Positions 47,727-58,185 of a DNA stretch of 64,000 bases are shown here, one piece after another. Made by a program: the position numbers and the translations under genes. The first letter of the stretch is position 1. The number at the start of each line of letters is the position of its first letter. The stretch spans positions 96,001 to 160,000 of the forward strand of contig JBGARZ010000007.1 of assembly GCA_044229975.1 (NCBI GenBank). Direction: 5' to 3'. Below the pieces are notes generated by a model, which did not search any database, was not told where the DNA came from, and worked only from the letters and a program-made list of their open reading frames with translations. Source of the stretch: Polyangiales bacterium (GTDB lineage Bacteria; Myxococcota_A; Polyangia; Polyangiales; Ga0077539).

Positions 47727-49244
47727 TCAGATGGTGATGGTGCCGACGAAGGACGCCGCGGTGGGCGTGCACTGCACGTAGCCGGAGCTGCCGGTGCGGG
47801 TGCCGGTGAACGTGCGGATGAGCATCGTCCCGCGGTAGACGTTGAGGGTCCACCGCGCGGTCGAGCCGCTGTTCAACTGATAGGGGTTGACGCACACGTG
47901 GTAGCTGCCCGCGGCGGGGGCGCTGGGCCAGAAGATGTTCTCGGGGCCGTTGCAGCGGTCGGAGCTGTCGGTCGCGCGCAGGGCAGGGCACGAGTCGCGG
48001 TCGAGCGTGCCGCCGCAGGCCGAGAGGCGGCTGTAGTAGATCTCCGTTCCGCACGGCGGGGTCACGTGCAGGTCGAGGTCGGCCATCACGTCCCAGGTGA
48101 GCGTGAAGCGGAGCTGACCGTTGCCCACGCAGATGTTGGCCGCGCAGGCCTCGCCCGCCGCGCAGCACACGCCGCCGCAACGGGGCTGGCCCGTCGGGCA
48201 GTCCATGGTCATCGGCGGGGGGCAGCCCTCGTCGACCATGCCGTTGCAGTTGTCGTCGAGGCCGTTGCCGCAGACCTCGGCCGCGGCCGGGCGCACCTCT
48301 CCGCCGCAGGTTCCCCACGCGGTGCTCGTGCCGTCGGCGCCGCGCACGCACGGCTGCGCGCCCGCGCGGCAGATGCCCACGCCCTGGGTGCCCGCGGGCC
48401 CCGTGTAGCAGGAGCGGTTGGCGCCGATGGCGCACGTGCAGCCGTCGTTGGCGGTGCCGTTGCAGTCGCGGTCGACGCCGTCGCACAGATCGCGCGCCGC
48501 CGGGATCACCTCGCCCGTGCACGTCCCCCACGACGCGCCGCTCGCGCCCATGGTGCAGGTCTGCGTGCCCGGTCGGCAGGCACCGCGGGTCTCGGTTCCT
48601 GCCGGGCCGGTGTAGCAGGGGCGCGTCTCGCCGGGCGAGCACTCGCAGCCCTCGTCGACGTTGCCGTTGCAGCGGTAGTCCATCCCGCCGCCGCACACGA
48701 CAGGCTGCGGTGAGCCCGCGCCCTCGCACGCGCTCCACGTTCCGAACTCTCCCGTGCCCTCGCAGCGCGTCATGCCAAACACGCACACGCCGCGGCCCGC
48801 CTGCGCGGGGTCGCCTGGGTAGCACCGCTGGGTCATCCCCGGGACGCACGCGCAGTCTTCATCGACGCGACCGTCGCAGTCGTCGTCGAGGCCGTTGGCG
48901 CACATCTCCACCGCGCCGCACGTCGGCGTCGGGCCGCCATCCTTGGTCGGGCCGCCGCCGTCTTCGGGCGTCACCACCGCCCCGTCGCTGCCGGGCGTGA
49001 CGCCGCCGTCCATGCCGGGGCTCACCCCGCCATCGGTGCGACCGGCGTCGGTGCGCGCCGCGTCGACCCGCGCGTCGGTGCGACCCGTGTCGGTCACGCG
49101 AACGTCCCTCCGCGCGCTCGCATCGGACGGAAACCCGAACTCGATCTCCGCCGAGCCCGACGCGCTACAGGCGGCGAGGAGGGCGCCTGGGATCAAGATC
49201 AGCCAGCGGTGCGACGTGTGGCGTTTCACGGGGTGGGGCTCCAT
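47727..49244 (-). CDS. Lipoprotein with MopE-like Cys-rich repeats and a YfaP/DUF2135-like C-terminal domain
   Basis: Lipobox LLAAC; CANGLDDDCDGRVDEDC and CYTGPAGTxxxGxCRxGxQxC repeats; GQLRFTLTWD..DLDLHV..EIYY..LDRD..GPENIFW. Confidence 0.85.
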   Translation of the reverse strand: MEPHPVKRHTSHRWLILIPGALLAACSASGSAEIEFGFPSDASARRDVRVTDTGRTDARVDAARTDAGRTDGGVSPGMDGGVTPGSDGAVVTPEDGGGPTKDGGPTPTCGAVEMCANGLDDDCDGRVDEDCACVPGMTQRCYPGDPAQAGRGVCVFGMTRCEGTGEFGTWSACEGAGSPQPVVCGGGMDYRCNGNVDEGCECSPGETRPCYTGPAGTETRGACRPGTQTCTMGASGASWGTCTGEVIPAARDLCDGVDRDCNGTANDGCTCAIGANRSCYTGPAGTQGVGICRAGAQPCVRGADGTSTAWGTCGGEVRPAAAEVCGNGLDDNCNGMVDEGCPPPMTMDCPTGQPRCGGVCCAAGEACAANICVGNGQLRFTLTWDVMADLDLHVTPPCGTEIYYSRLSACGGTLDRDSCPALRATDSSDRCNGPENIFWPSAPAAGSYHVCVNPYQLNSGSTARWTLNVYRGTMLIRTFTGTRTGSSGYVQCTPTAASFVGTITI

Positions 49245-49363
49245 CGGTAGGGCATTGCGGCGAAGGAAGGTTGGAGACGGCGAGGCCCCACCCTAACAGA
49301 GCCGTCATCGCGCCGCGATGGCCACGCGGGTGAGCATCAACCTGTGATACCTATGCGGCCGCC

Positions 49364-49759
49364 GTGTCCAACGTCACGCCGCCAAAACAGACCGTCGCCG
49401 TGGAGGTCGCCGGGCAGCGCCTGCGGCTCAATGCCCACGCCGACCCGCAGCACATCGAGCGCCTCGCGGGCATCGTCAACGAGCGCGTGGAGACCATCCA
49501 GCGCGCGGCGAAGGGGGCGGGCATGCCCACCATCCTGGCGCTGCTCGCGCTCGACCTGGCCGATGAGCTCCACGCCACGCGGCGCCGCGCCGAAGAGGCC
49601 CAGACCCGCTCGAAGGAAGAGCTCGATCGCACCCGCGCCCACGCCCGGCAGGTGGAGCAGTCGGCGCGCGAGGCCATCGCCGACGTGCTGGCGGAGATCG
49701 ACCGCGCGCTGGTGATCGAAGAGCCCGAGCCGAGCTCAGGCGACAAGGTCGTCGGCTGA
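49364..49759 (+). CDS. zapA: Cell division protein ZapA
   Basis: VAVEVAGQRLRL..HIERLAGIVNERV..LALLALDLADEL followed by a coiled coil. Confidence 0.85.
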   Translation: MSNVTPPKQTVAVEVAGQRLRLNAHADPQHIERLAGIVNERVETIQRAAKGAGMPTILALLALDLADELHATRRRAEEAQTRSKEELDRTRAHARQVEQSAREAIADVLAEIDRALVIEEPEPSSGDKVVG

Positions 49760-50398
49760 GCCGAGGACGACGCCTGCGGAGGAGAGTTCGCGGAGCGCGG
49801 CGGCGCCACCCTCGTCGGTGACGGCGGCGATGGCGTCGGCCGCGACGGTGACGCGAGAGCCGGCGCGGTCGGGGCGCGCGGCGATCCAGTCGAGGAGGCC
49901 GAGGGCGGCGGCGCGCACGCAGTAGTCGGTGGCGACGCCGAAGACGACGAACTCCAATTGGCCAGCGGGTGCGAGCGCGTCGAGGACGGCTGCGGCGTTG
50001 GGGTTGGCGAAGAGGGAGTAGACCTCCTTCTCGAAGTACACGGCCTGGGTGCCCTTCGGCACGCGCGCGGCCGCCTCGGGGTCGGGCACCACCGGAACAA
50101 AATAGAACCTCTCCGGCAGCGTCTCCGGGAGCTTGAGCCAGCCGGACGTTCCCTTCACGCAGTGCGGGGGGAAGCGCGGGTCTTCGCCCTTCGGCCCGAC
50201 GCTGGCGTTGGTGCCGAACTCCCACGCGTCGTGCGAGTGCGAGTCGACGGAGCCCACGAGCAGCGCCCCGTCGGCCACGGCGCGGGCGACGAGCCGGGCG
50301 CACGCGGGCATGGCGTCGGGCGCGCCGCGGACGAAGAGCGCGCCGCCGGGGCGGCAGAAGTCGTGCTGGGTATCCACGTCGACAAAGACTCGTTGCAT
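49736..50398 (-). CDS. pncA: Nicotinamidase / isochorismatase-family hydrolase
   Basis: VDVDTQHDFCRPGGAL, DSH, FPPHCVKGTSG, EK..YSLF, GVATDYCV. Confidence 0.88.
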   Translation of the reverse strand: MQRVFVDVDTQHDFCRPGGALFVRGAPDAMPACARLVARAVADGALLVGSVDSHSHDAWEFGTNASVGPKGEDPRFPPHCVKGTSGWLKLPETLPERFYFVPVVPDPEAAARVPKGTQAVYFEKEVYSLFANPNAAAVLDALAPAGQLEFVVFGVATDYCVRAAALGLLDWIAARPDRAGSRVTVAADAIAAVTDEGGAAALRELSSAGVVLGSADDLVA

Positions 50399-50533
50399 CG
50401 GTGGTGCTTACCTCTCGCCCGCGTTGAAGGGCGCGCGGAGAGTACGACAAGGTCGCCGCGCTGGTACCGAAGAGCGGGGCTCGTGAGCGTCGGGGTTCAC
50501 CATCCAGCGGGGAGGTGATAGGAGGAATTGGTA

Positions 50534-51262
50534 GTGAGCAGGTCGAGCCAGATCGTGTCGCTGTCGCTGCGTGAGCGAACGGAGATCGACGCGGTCTTCT
50601 CTCGTGTGCGGCGGGGCGGGCACTACGAGGTGCTCGGGCTGTCCATCGATGTGGACGAGGAGACGGTGCTCCAGGAGTCGTCGCGGCTGCGGCACTGGGC
50701 CGAGCGCCTGCTGGAGCCCGAGCGCTTGCTGGGTGAGTACCAGCCCAAGGTCGAGGCCATCGTGGCGGCGGTCGATCAGGCCACGCGGGTGCTGGGCAAT
50801 CCTCGCGAGAGACTGCGCTACGACAGCACGCGGCCACGGCCGAGCGACCCTTCGCAGCGCACCGTCGACGCCGCCGCGCGGGCCGCGGGCGCCTCGCCGA
50901 CGCCGCGCACGCCGCCGCCGCGGCCGGGGCCGGAGTCGCAGGTGAGGTTTCTCCTCGCGGCGCTCGATGCGCAGCTCAGCATGGTGTTTGGTCGGCCCGT
51001 CGGGCTGGTGAGCCGGCTGGCGGAGTTCGACCTGACGGCGGACGACAAGCACGCGCGCACCGAGGCCGAAAACGCCGAGCGCGAAGAGCGCTGGGTCGAC
51101 GCCGTGGTGTGGTGGCACCTCGCCGGGGTGGTGAGCCCGCGCGACCCGACGATGCTCCTGCGCGCGGGTTCGGCGATGCGCCGGGCGGGCGCCGTGGGGG
51201 CCTTCGCGCCGTACGCGCGGGTGGTCACCGGCGACCCGTGGTTCGGCCGCGGCGAGCGCTGA
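50534..51262 (+). CDS. J-domain-like protein lacking HPD, with a TPR-like C-terminus
   Basis: GGAGG RBS; HYEVLGL..QATRVLGNPRERLRYD. Confidence 0.65.
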   Translation: MSRSSQIVSLSLRERTEIDAVFSRVRRGGHYEVLGLSIDVDEETVLQESSRLRHWAERLLEPERLLGEYQPKVEAIVAAVDQATRVLGNPRERLRYDSTRPRPSDPSQRTVDAAARAAGASPTPRTPPPRPGPESQVRFLLAALDAQLSMVFGRPVGLVSRLAEFDLTADDKHARTEAENAEREERWVDAVVWWHLAGVVSPRDPTMLLRAGSAMRRAGAVGAFAPYARVVTGDPWFGRGER

Positions 51263-51375
51263 CGGGGCGCACGTCGGGCCATGGGGTTAGGGCTGCCGGT
51301 AGGTTTCGCCGGGCGTGGGGTCGTGGTAGGGGGCGGCGAAAGCGTTCGATAGAGACGGGCGCAGGAGTGTACCGA

Positions 51376-52218
<843 letters not shown>

Positions 52219-52228
52219 GCTCAGCCGA

Positions 52229-52588
52229 TCAGTGCCAGGCGGCGGCCGTCTTCACGGCGGCGCCGCTGCGGTCGTGCTCGATGAGCAGCGTCTGCGCGAC
52301 CCCGATGCATCCCGTACACGATTGAAATGCGCTGCCATGGGCGCAGCGCACGGTGGTCCACGGGGTCTCGCCGGGCTTCGGCGCGCCGCCGCGGGCGCGC
52401 AGGTCGCCGGCGGTGTTGAGGTGACGGCCGCAGGCGATGCAGTGGATGTGGGCCTCGTCGTTGAGGCCGGGTTCGAGCTCGATGCCGCGCGAGGGGAAGC
52501 TGCTCGCACGCATCGGGGGCTTCGGGCCCGATCCGTTGACTGCCTGCTTCTCCTTGCGGGTCAAACGCTTGGTTCGTTGGAATGCCAT
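52229..52588 (-). CDS. Small putative metal-binding protein
   Basis: HIHCIACGRH, CAH, CTGC motifs; basic N-terminus. Confidence 0.7.
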   Translation of the reverse strand: MAFQRTKRLTRKEKQAVNGSGPKPPMRASSFPSRGIELEPGLNDEAHIHCIACGRHLNTAGDLRARGGAPKPGETPWTTVRCAHGSAFQSCTGCIGVAQTLLIEHDRSGAAVKTAAAWH

Positions 52589-52655
52589 AGGCGGGGGACT
52601 TCAACCCCAAGCCGCCCCACAGCGCAATGGTCGTCGTCGACGGACGACGTGGTCG

Positions 52656-52895
52656 CTACCGGGCGCCGCCCTGCCACGCCGGGTTGCGCGACAGCGCGTT
52701 GCGCGCGGCCACCTCGGCCTGATCGCGCTGCATCCCGTTGCGCCCCATGAACTCGCGCTCCACGAGCCGACGGTGCACCTCGTCGTAGGACAGCAGCGCC
52801 CCCCGCGAGTCGGAGCACATCTCGCAGTACTTCCCCTTCGCCTCTCCCATCATCGGCCGCCCGCAGCTCTCACACGCCGGTCCACCCATCAGCAT
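52656..52895 (-). CDS. Zinc-ribbon domain protein
   Basis: CESCGRPM..YCEMC..NPAW, the putative zinc ribbon (Zn_ribbon_2-like) pattern; GAGG RBS. Confidence 0.8.
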   Translation of the reverse strand: MLMGGPACESCGRPMMGEAKGKYCEMCSDSRGALLSYDEVHRRLVEREFMGRNGMQRDQAEVAARNALSRNPAWQGGAR

Positions 52896-52963
52896 CGCGT
52901 CACCTCGGCTTTCACTCTGCCCAGCCTGAGCCCGTCACACCCGACCGGCAAGGCCCGCCGCGC

Positions 52964-53302
52964 TCACAGCCGCGAGCACAGCCACATCACGGTGTACCCC
53001 GCCGACCAGCCCAGCATCAGCACCGCCATCGGCCAGAAGCGACCCGACCAGCGCGCGCACACCTTCGCGTCGTCGGGCGCCCAGCGCCACGCCGCCCAGG
53101 TCACCAGGCCCGCCGCCGCGATGGTCATGTTGGAGCGCGCGAACCAGTCCATCGCGATGACGCCCGTCGGCGGCGACCACGTCCACTCACCGCGCGTCGG
53201 CAGGTAGAAGAGCACCCCCGCGCGCGTGGTCGTCGTCACGAGGTACACCGCCCCCGCGGCCAGCGCCCCGGCGCCCGTCGCGAAGCGCCCGCGCGCGCTC
53301 AC
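52964..53302 (-). CDS. Hypothetical membrane protein
   Basis: GTGA overlap with the upstream gene; 3 TM; YLPTRGEW..AMDWFAR. Confidence 0.7.
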   Translation of the reverse strand: MSARGRFATGAGALAAGAVYLVTTTTRAGVLFYLPTRGEWTWSPPTGVIAMDWFARSNMTIAAAGLVTWAAWRWAPDDAKVCARWSGRFWPMAVLMLGWSAGYTVMWLCSRL

Positions 53303-53742
53303 ACCGACCTCACGCTCGCCACCAGCAGCCCCGACAGCGCGTTGAACCACACCCCGAGCGCGACCGTCAGCGCGCACCCGAAGAGCACCCGGCTGGGCTT
53401 CGCCGGGTCCTCCGCGCGCGAGAGCACCACCGTCGCCAGCACCAGCGGGAAGAGCAGCGTCGCGAGGTTTTCCTTCAGGTCGAAGAGCACCGCGATGCGC
53501 GGCGCGTGCTCGTCGAGGTAGTTGGCGCGAACCTCCACCCGGTACCGCGGGTAGATCACCGTGCCGAGCGCATACACCACCGTGTAACAGCCCAGCGCCA
53601 CGGCCGGGTACAGCCGCTGGAGCCGCGGGTTGGGCTTGCCGAGGCGCGCCTTGCGAAGCACCAGCGCGAGGTGCGTGGTGGACCCAGTGAGCGCACCCGC
53701 GGCGACGGCGTGGAGTATCAGCCCGAGCTTGATCCAGAACAT
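53299..53742 (-). CDS. Hypothetical membrane protein (4 TM)
   Basis: LHAVAA..STTH, LGTVIYPRYRVEVR..LFDLKEN. Confidence 0.75.
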   Translation of the reverse strand: MFWIKLGLILHAVAAGALTGSTTHLALVLRKARLGKPNPRLQRLYPAVALGCYTVVYALGTVIYPRYRVEVRANYLDEHAPRIAVLFDLKENLATLLFPLVLATVVLSRAEDPAKPSRVLFGCALTVALGVWFNALSGLLVASVRSV

Positions 53743-53781
53743 CGGCTCGGCGGCTTCTCTACGCCCGCCCGCGCCGCGCTG

Positions 53782-54240
53782 TCACGCGCCCGCTCCGCGC
53801 GACGGTCGTCGGGCGACGAGGGTGACCAGCGCGTCGAGGCTGCGCGCGAGCCGGGGCTCCAGGATGCCTTTGAGCAGCGGCGCGAGCCCGGGGATGGCCG
53901 CCTCGAAGCGCACCTCCCAGACGAGCGCGGTGCCGTCGCGGTGCGGGGCGAGTCGTTGCTCACCGCGGTGGTCGCGGAGCGCGCCGCCGCGCACCACGCG
54001 GTAGCCGAAGCGCTCGTGCAGAACCGACTCGACCACCTCCTCGTCGAGCGTGGACGTGAACCCGAAGGCCGGGACTGTCACCGTGCGCGTGGCGCCGACG
54101 TCGTCGTGTCGGCCGTTGGCGCCGGGGCGCAGGGCGCGCACCTTCGCCTCGGACCAGAGGTTCATGTCGTCGGGGTTGGTGAGGTAGCCCCAGGCGACGG
54201 AGGGCGGCGCGGCGAGGATGCGCTCGAACCGGATCTTCAC
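53782..54240 (-). CDS. SRPBCC / polyketide-cyclase family protein
   Basis: APPSVAWGYLT..W..VGATRTV..EEVV..FGYRVV..DHRGE..GTALVWEVRF. Confidence 0.88.
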   Translation of the reverse strand: MKIRFERILAAPPSVAWGYLTNPDDMNLWSEAKVRALRPGANGRHDDVGATRTVTVPAFGFTSTLDEEVVESVLHERFGYRVVRGGALRDHRGEQRLAPHRDGTALVWEVRFEAAIPGLAPLLKGILEPRLARSLDALVTLVARRPSRGAGA

Positions 54241-55023
54241 TCAGCGCCCCTGGAAGCGCGCGTCGCGTCGCTCGACGAAGGACCGCAGTCCCTCCGCGGC
54301 GTCTTCGCTCCCCATGAGCGCGCGCGCCTCGGTCATGAGTCGGGCGTACGCCGCCGCGTGGCCCTGCTCGACCGCGAGCTTCGCGTTGGCGCGGGTGGCC
54401 TGCACCGCGAGGGGGGCCTGCTGCGCGATGGTGGTTCCGATGGCGATGGCCCGCTCGACCTGCTGGCCGGGGTCGGTGACCTCCTGCACGACGCCGATGC
54501 GGCACGCTTCGTCGGCGTCGAAGACGTCGCCGGTGAGCATGTAGCGCATGGCGTTCTGGTAGCCGGCGACCTGGGCGAAGCGGAGGGTGGCGCCGCCGAA
54601 GGGCATGATGCCGCGGCGGACTTCGAACTGCGTGAAGCGGGCGTCGCGCGAGGCCACGACGACGTCGGCCGCGAGCGCGAGCTCGACGCCGATGGTGTAG
54701 CAGTAGCCCTGGACGGCCATGACCACGGGCTTGGCGCGGCGGGTTCCCGAGAGGTCGAGCGGGTCGATGCCGCCGTCGACGTGGAGGCCGCCGCCGCCCG
54801 CGACGTGGGGGCCGACCTCGGCGAGGTCGAGGCCCGCGGTGAAGTGGTCGCCGTGCGCGAAGAGAACGAGGCAACGGAGCTCGGGGTCGGACTCCAGGCG
54901 GCCGTAGGCGGCGGCGAGCTCGCGGAGCATCTGGAGGTTGAAGGCGTTGCGCTTGGCGGCGCGGGAGAGCCCCACGACGAGGACGTGGCCGCGGGTCTCG
55001 ATGGTCAGGGTGGGGTCGCTCAT
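54241..55023 (-). CDS. Enoyl-CoA hydratase / crotonase family
   Basis: HFTAGLDL, KPVVMAVQGYCYTIGVELALAAD, EVRRGIMPFGG, SEDAAEG. Confidence 0.95.
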   Translation of the reverse strand: MSDPTLTIETRGHVLVVGLSRAAKRNAFNLQMLRELAAAYGRLESDPELRCLVLFAHGDHFTAGLDLAEVGPHVAGGGGLHVDGGIDPLDLSGTRRAKPVVMAVQGYCYTIGVELALAADVVVASRDARFTQFEVRRGIMPFGGATLRFAQVAGYQNAMRYMLTGDVFDADEACRIGVVQEVTDPGQQVERAIAIGTTIAQQAPLAVQATRANAKLAVEQGHAAAYARLMTEARALMGSEDAAEGLRSFVERRDARFQGR

Positions 55024-55159
55024 CGCGCGATGACAACGCGATCGACGCGGGGCCGCAACGGGGACGTCTGGGAGCGTCGCGCTGATCGTCAGTCTCCACG
55101 GCGTGGAGCTCCCGCTTTCTTGACCGCACCCCGTTGCCTCCGCTAGCGCCCGTCGCTCA

Positions 55160-57706
55160 GTGGTCACCTCGTCGTCCATCGCCTGGAAGTCCTCCTCGCT
55201 CCTCGGCGCCGTGGCCGCCCTGCACGTCGCGCTCACCGCGCCCTCGCGCAGCACCCTCGCGCCCGACGCCCGCGCCCGCCTCGCCCGCGCCGTCGCCGCC
55301 AGCACCCGCCTCACCGTCACCGCCGACGACGTCCTCTTCGAGCGCACCCGCGCGGTCACCCTCCGCGACGCCGTCGTCGGCCGCGCCATCTGGTTCACCG
55401 GTCGTGACCGCCCCGGCGCACCGCGCGACGTCTACCGCGCCGAGATCCGCCTCACCCCCGACGGAACCCTCCTCGGCCTCCGCTCGCTCGCCAACCTCAC
55501 CCGCAGCCCGCTCGGCGACGACGGCCCCATGGTCGCCGAGTCCGACGTCGGCGCCGACACCCCGCGCCGCATCGCCGTCCCCTTGCGCGCCTTCGGCCAG
55601 GTGCAGTCCGCCACCGTGCTCGACCCCGCCGGTGACACCACCACCGCCGCGCGCCTCCGCCGCGCCGTCACCAACCTCCTCGAAACCGGAACCCCCGCCG
55701 GCGTCGCCCGCTACGACCTCCGCCTCGATCGCCCCGTCGCCCACGCCACGCTCCGCTTCTTCTCCCACGACCGCGTCTCCCTCGACGGCGACGCCCACCG
55801 CTGGACCCTCGACCTCCGCACGCTCGACACCGCGCCCGCCGAAGGCGCCTCGCTCTCGCGCCAGCAGCGCGTCGACAAGCCCTTCATCATCTGGACGGTC
55901 GACACCGTTCGTTCGCTCCCCTTCGTCGGCCCCGCGCCCATCGCCTGGCTCGAACGCCACGCCTTCGACCTCCGCGACCGCTGGCACCAGGCCACGTACC
56001 GCTGGTTCGGTCGTCGTCCGCCGCCCGCCACCGTCGCCGAGGAGTCCGCCGTCGACGCCACGGGCCACGTGCTCACCGCCGCCGCCGAGCACGCCCGCGA
56101 CCCCTCGTGGCCGCCCTCCGACATCGCGCCACCACTCGGCGCCGCCGACCCCGGCGAGGGCCGCTGGGTCAACGCCACGCCGCCGTGGGTGCATCACCTC
56201 GAAGGCGCGCCGCCGTCGTTCTATCGAACCTTCGTGCGCCTCGACGACGAGCGCCCGTACACCCGCGTGCTGCTCGTCGCCATGGACATGCGGCAGCTCC
56301 AGCTCGGTATGCAGGCGGGCGTCGAAGACCCCGTTCCCCTCGTCGGACCGCGCGGCGACGGGCGCATCCCGCGCACCCCCGGCCTGCTCCCTCGCATCGT
56401 CGGTGCCTTCAACGGCGCCTTCAAGACCGAGCACGGTGCGTACGGCATGGTCGTCGATAGCCGCGTTCTGTTGCCTCCACAGCAGGGCGCCGCGACCGTG
56501 GTCACCCTCGATGACGGTCGCATCGCGATGGGCTCCTGGGATGCCCTCCCGACGCTGCCCTCCGCGGTGCAATCACTCCGGCAGAACCTCGATCCGCTCC
56601 TCGCCGATGGCGTCGAGAACCCCACGCGCCGCGGTCTCTGGGGCTTCGTGCTCGGCGGCATCGAGTCGATGCCCACGGTGCGCTCGGGGCTCTGCGCCGA
56701 CGACCGCGGCCACCTCTTCTACGCGTGGGGCGAGGAGACCACCGCGCGTCGACTCGGGCGCGCGATGCGGCTCGCCGGGTGCACCTACGGGATGCACCTC
56801 GACATGAACCCCACCCACGCCACCTTCCACTTCCTGCGCGTCGATGACGTGGCGCATCGGCAGTTTCAGTTCCGCACGCTCGACAGCGCGATGCAGTCGC
56901 ACGGCGATCGCTTCCTCTATTACACGCTCAAGGACTTCTTCTACCTCTCGCTCCGCGAACCCCTTCCGCCACCCGTCCGCGGCATTGCCTGGACCTCGTC
57001 GCGACCGCAGCCCGCACCCGCCTGGATGCCTGGCATCACCACGCTGCGCCTCGCCGTTGCGTCCGGTCGCGAGGTCACCGTCGACGCCCTCGACGCCGAC
57101 CGCGTGCGCCTCCATCTGCGCGCCGGTCGTCGCGAGCCCGCCACGACGTTGGTCGGCGAGGACAACACCTTCGCACCGTCGCCCGAGCGCCCGCTGCTCG
57201 GCGCCATCGAGCTCGGGACCGCGACCTCCATCGCCTCTCCCCGCGGACTGTGCATCGGGGGGAGGGTGCATCTGCCGTTTGTTCCGTCGGCGTCGGCGGG
57301 GCACCTCGCGGTGGTCGACGGGCGCGCGTCCATCGTCGCGGGCGCCGCCGTCGCGACGGACGTGCGCGACGCGTTGCAGGGCTCGCTCGTCTGGAACCAC
57401 GGCGCTGCGACGGCCTGGCGCGACTCCGCGGTGAGCGCACGGCGCGTGCTCGCGACCACGGCTGCTGGACGGCTGCTGGTGATCGCTGGTGCGATGTCGG
57501 GTGATGAGCTCTCGGCGCTGCTGGGTGAGCTGCGCGCGACCGATGCGCTGCTCTTCGAGCGCGCGACGGGCGGCGCCCACTGGACGGGCGATGAAGGCGT
57601 GCGCGACGCGTGGCCGGAGAGCGCGGTGTTCATCGAGGGCGTGGCTGCGCCGTCGCAGGTGTTGAGGCTGGAGAGCTGGCTGCGCGGGGCACGCGGAGGC
57701 GCGTGA
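55160..57706 (+). CDS. Large protein with a phosphodiester-glycosidase (NAGPA)-like domain
   Basis: VGAFNGAFKTEHG, SLRQNLDPLL, TVRSGLC, LGRAMRLAGCTYGMHLDMN; degenerate second copy near the C-terminus. Confidence 0.7.
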   Translation: MVTSSSIAWKSSSLLGAVAALHVALTAPSRSTLAPDARARLARAVAASTRLTVTADDVLFERTRAVTLRDAVVGRAIWFTGRDRPGAPRDVYRAEIRLTPDGTLLGLRSLANLTRSPLGDDGPMVAESDVGADTPRRIAVPLRAFGQVQSATVLDPAGDTTTAARLRRAVTNLLETGTPAGVARYDLRLDRPVAHATLRFFSHDRVSLDGDAHRWTLDLRTLDTAPAEGASLSRQQRVDKPFIIWTVDTVRSLPFVGPAPIAWLERHAFDLRDRWHQATYRWFGRRPPPATVAEESAVDATGHVLTAAAEHARDPSWPPSDIAPPLGAADPGEGRWVNATPPWVHHLEGAPPSFYRTFVRLDDERPYTRVLLVAMDMRQLQLGMQAGVEDPVPLVGPRGDGRIPRTPGLLPRIVGAFNGAFKTEHGAYGMVVDSRVLLPPQQGAATVVTLDDGRIAMGSWDALPTLPSAVQSLRQNLDPLLADGVENPTRRGLWGFVLGGIESMPTVRSGLCADDRGHLFYAWGEETTARRLGRAMRLAGCTYGMHLDMNPTHATFHFLRVDDVAHRQFQFRTLDSAMQSHGDRFLYYTLKDFFYLSLREPLPPPVRGIAWTSSRPQPAPAWMPGITTLRLAVASGREVTVDALDADRVRLHLRAGRREPATTLVGEDNTFAPSPERPLLGAIELGTATSIASPRGLCIGGRVHLPFVPSASAGHLAVVDGRASIVAGAAVATDVRDALQGSLVWNHGAATAWRDSAVSARRVLATTAAGRLLVIAGAMSGDELSALLGELRATDALLFERATGGAHWTGDEGVRDAWPESAVFIEGVAAPSQVLRLESWLRGARGGA

Positions 57707-57755
57707 CAGGCCCGTGGTCGAGGGGCTATAGCCAACGACGCGGAGGCGACGAGCA

Positions 57756-58178
57756 ATGGCGACGCAGGTGAGTGAAGTCGAGCAACGGGTGGTGGAGATC
57801 CTCAAGGGCGCGGCGATCCCGTTCGTGCACGAGGATGGCAAGTGCCGGGTCGAGCGCGGGTCCACCGCGGTGTTCGTGTCGGCGCACGCGTGGCAGGACC
57901 GCTACACCATCATCGAGCTCGTGTGCCCGGTGCTCAACGGCGTCGAGCTGAGCGAAGACCTCCTCAAGCGCCTCAACGAGCTCAACGAGAAGCTGTATTT
58001 CGGCAAGGCGTACTGGCGCAACAAGGAGGTCTGGATCGCCCACAACCTCCTCGGCGACCACCTCGACAGCGATGAGCTCATCGCGAGCGTCGGGATGATG
58101 GCCGTGGTGGCCGATCACCTCGACGACGAGCTCAAGGCGCGCTTCGGCGGCAAGCGGTGGCGAGAGACGCAGCGCTGA
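57756..58178 (+). CDS. YbjN / CesT-like (type III secretion chaperone-fold) protein
   Basis: RGSTAVFV..LLKRLNELNEKLYFGKAYW..LLGDHLDSDEL..ADHLDDELKARFGG. Confidence 0.85.
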   Translation: MATQVSEVEQRVVEILKGAAIPFVHEDGKCRVERGSTAVFVSAHAWQDRYTIIELVCPVLNGVELSEDLLKRLNELNEKLYFGKAYWRNKEVWIAHNLLGDHLDSDELIASVGMMAVVADHLDDELKARFGGKRWRETQR

Positions 58179-58185
58179 GCGCCCG

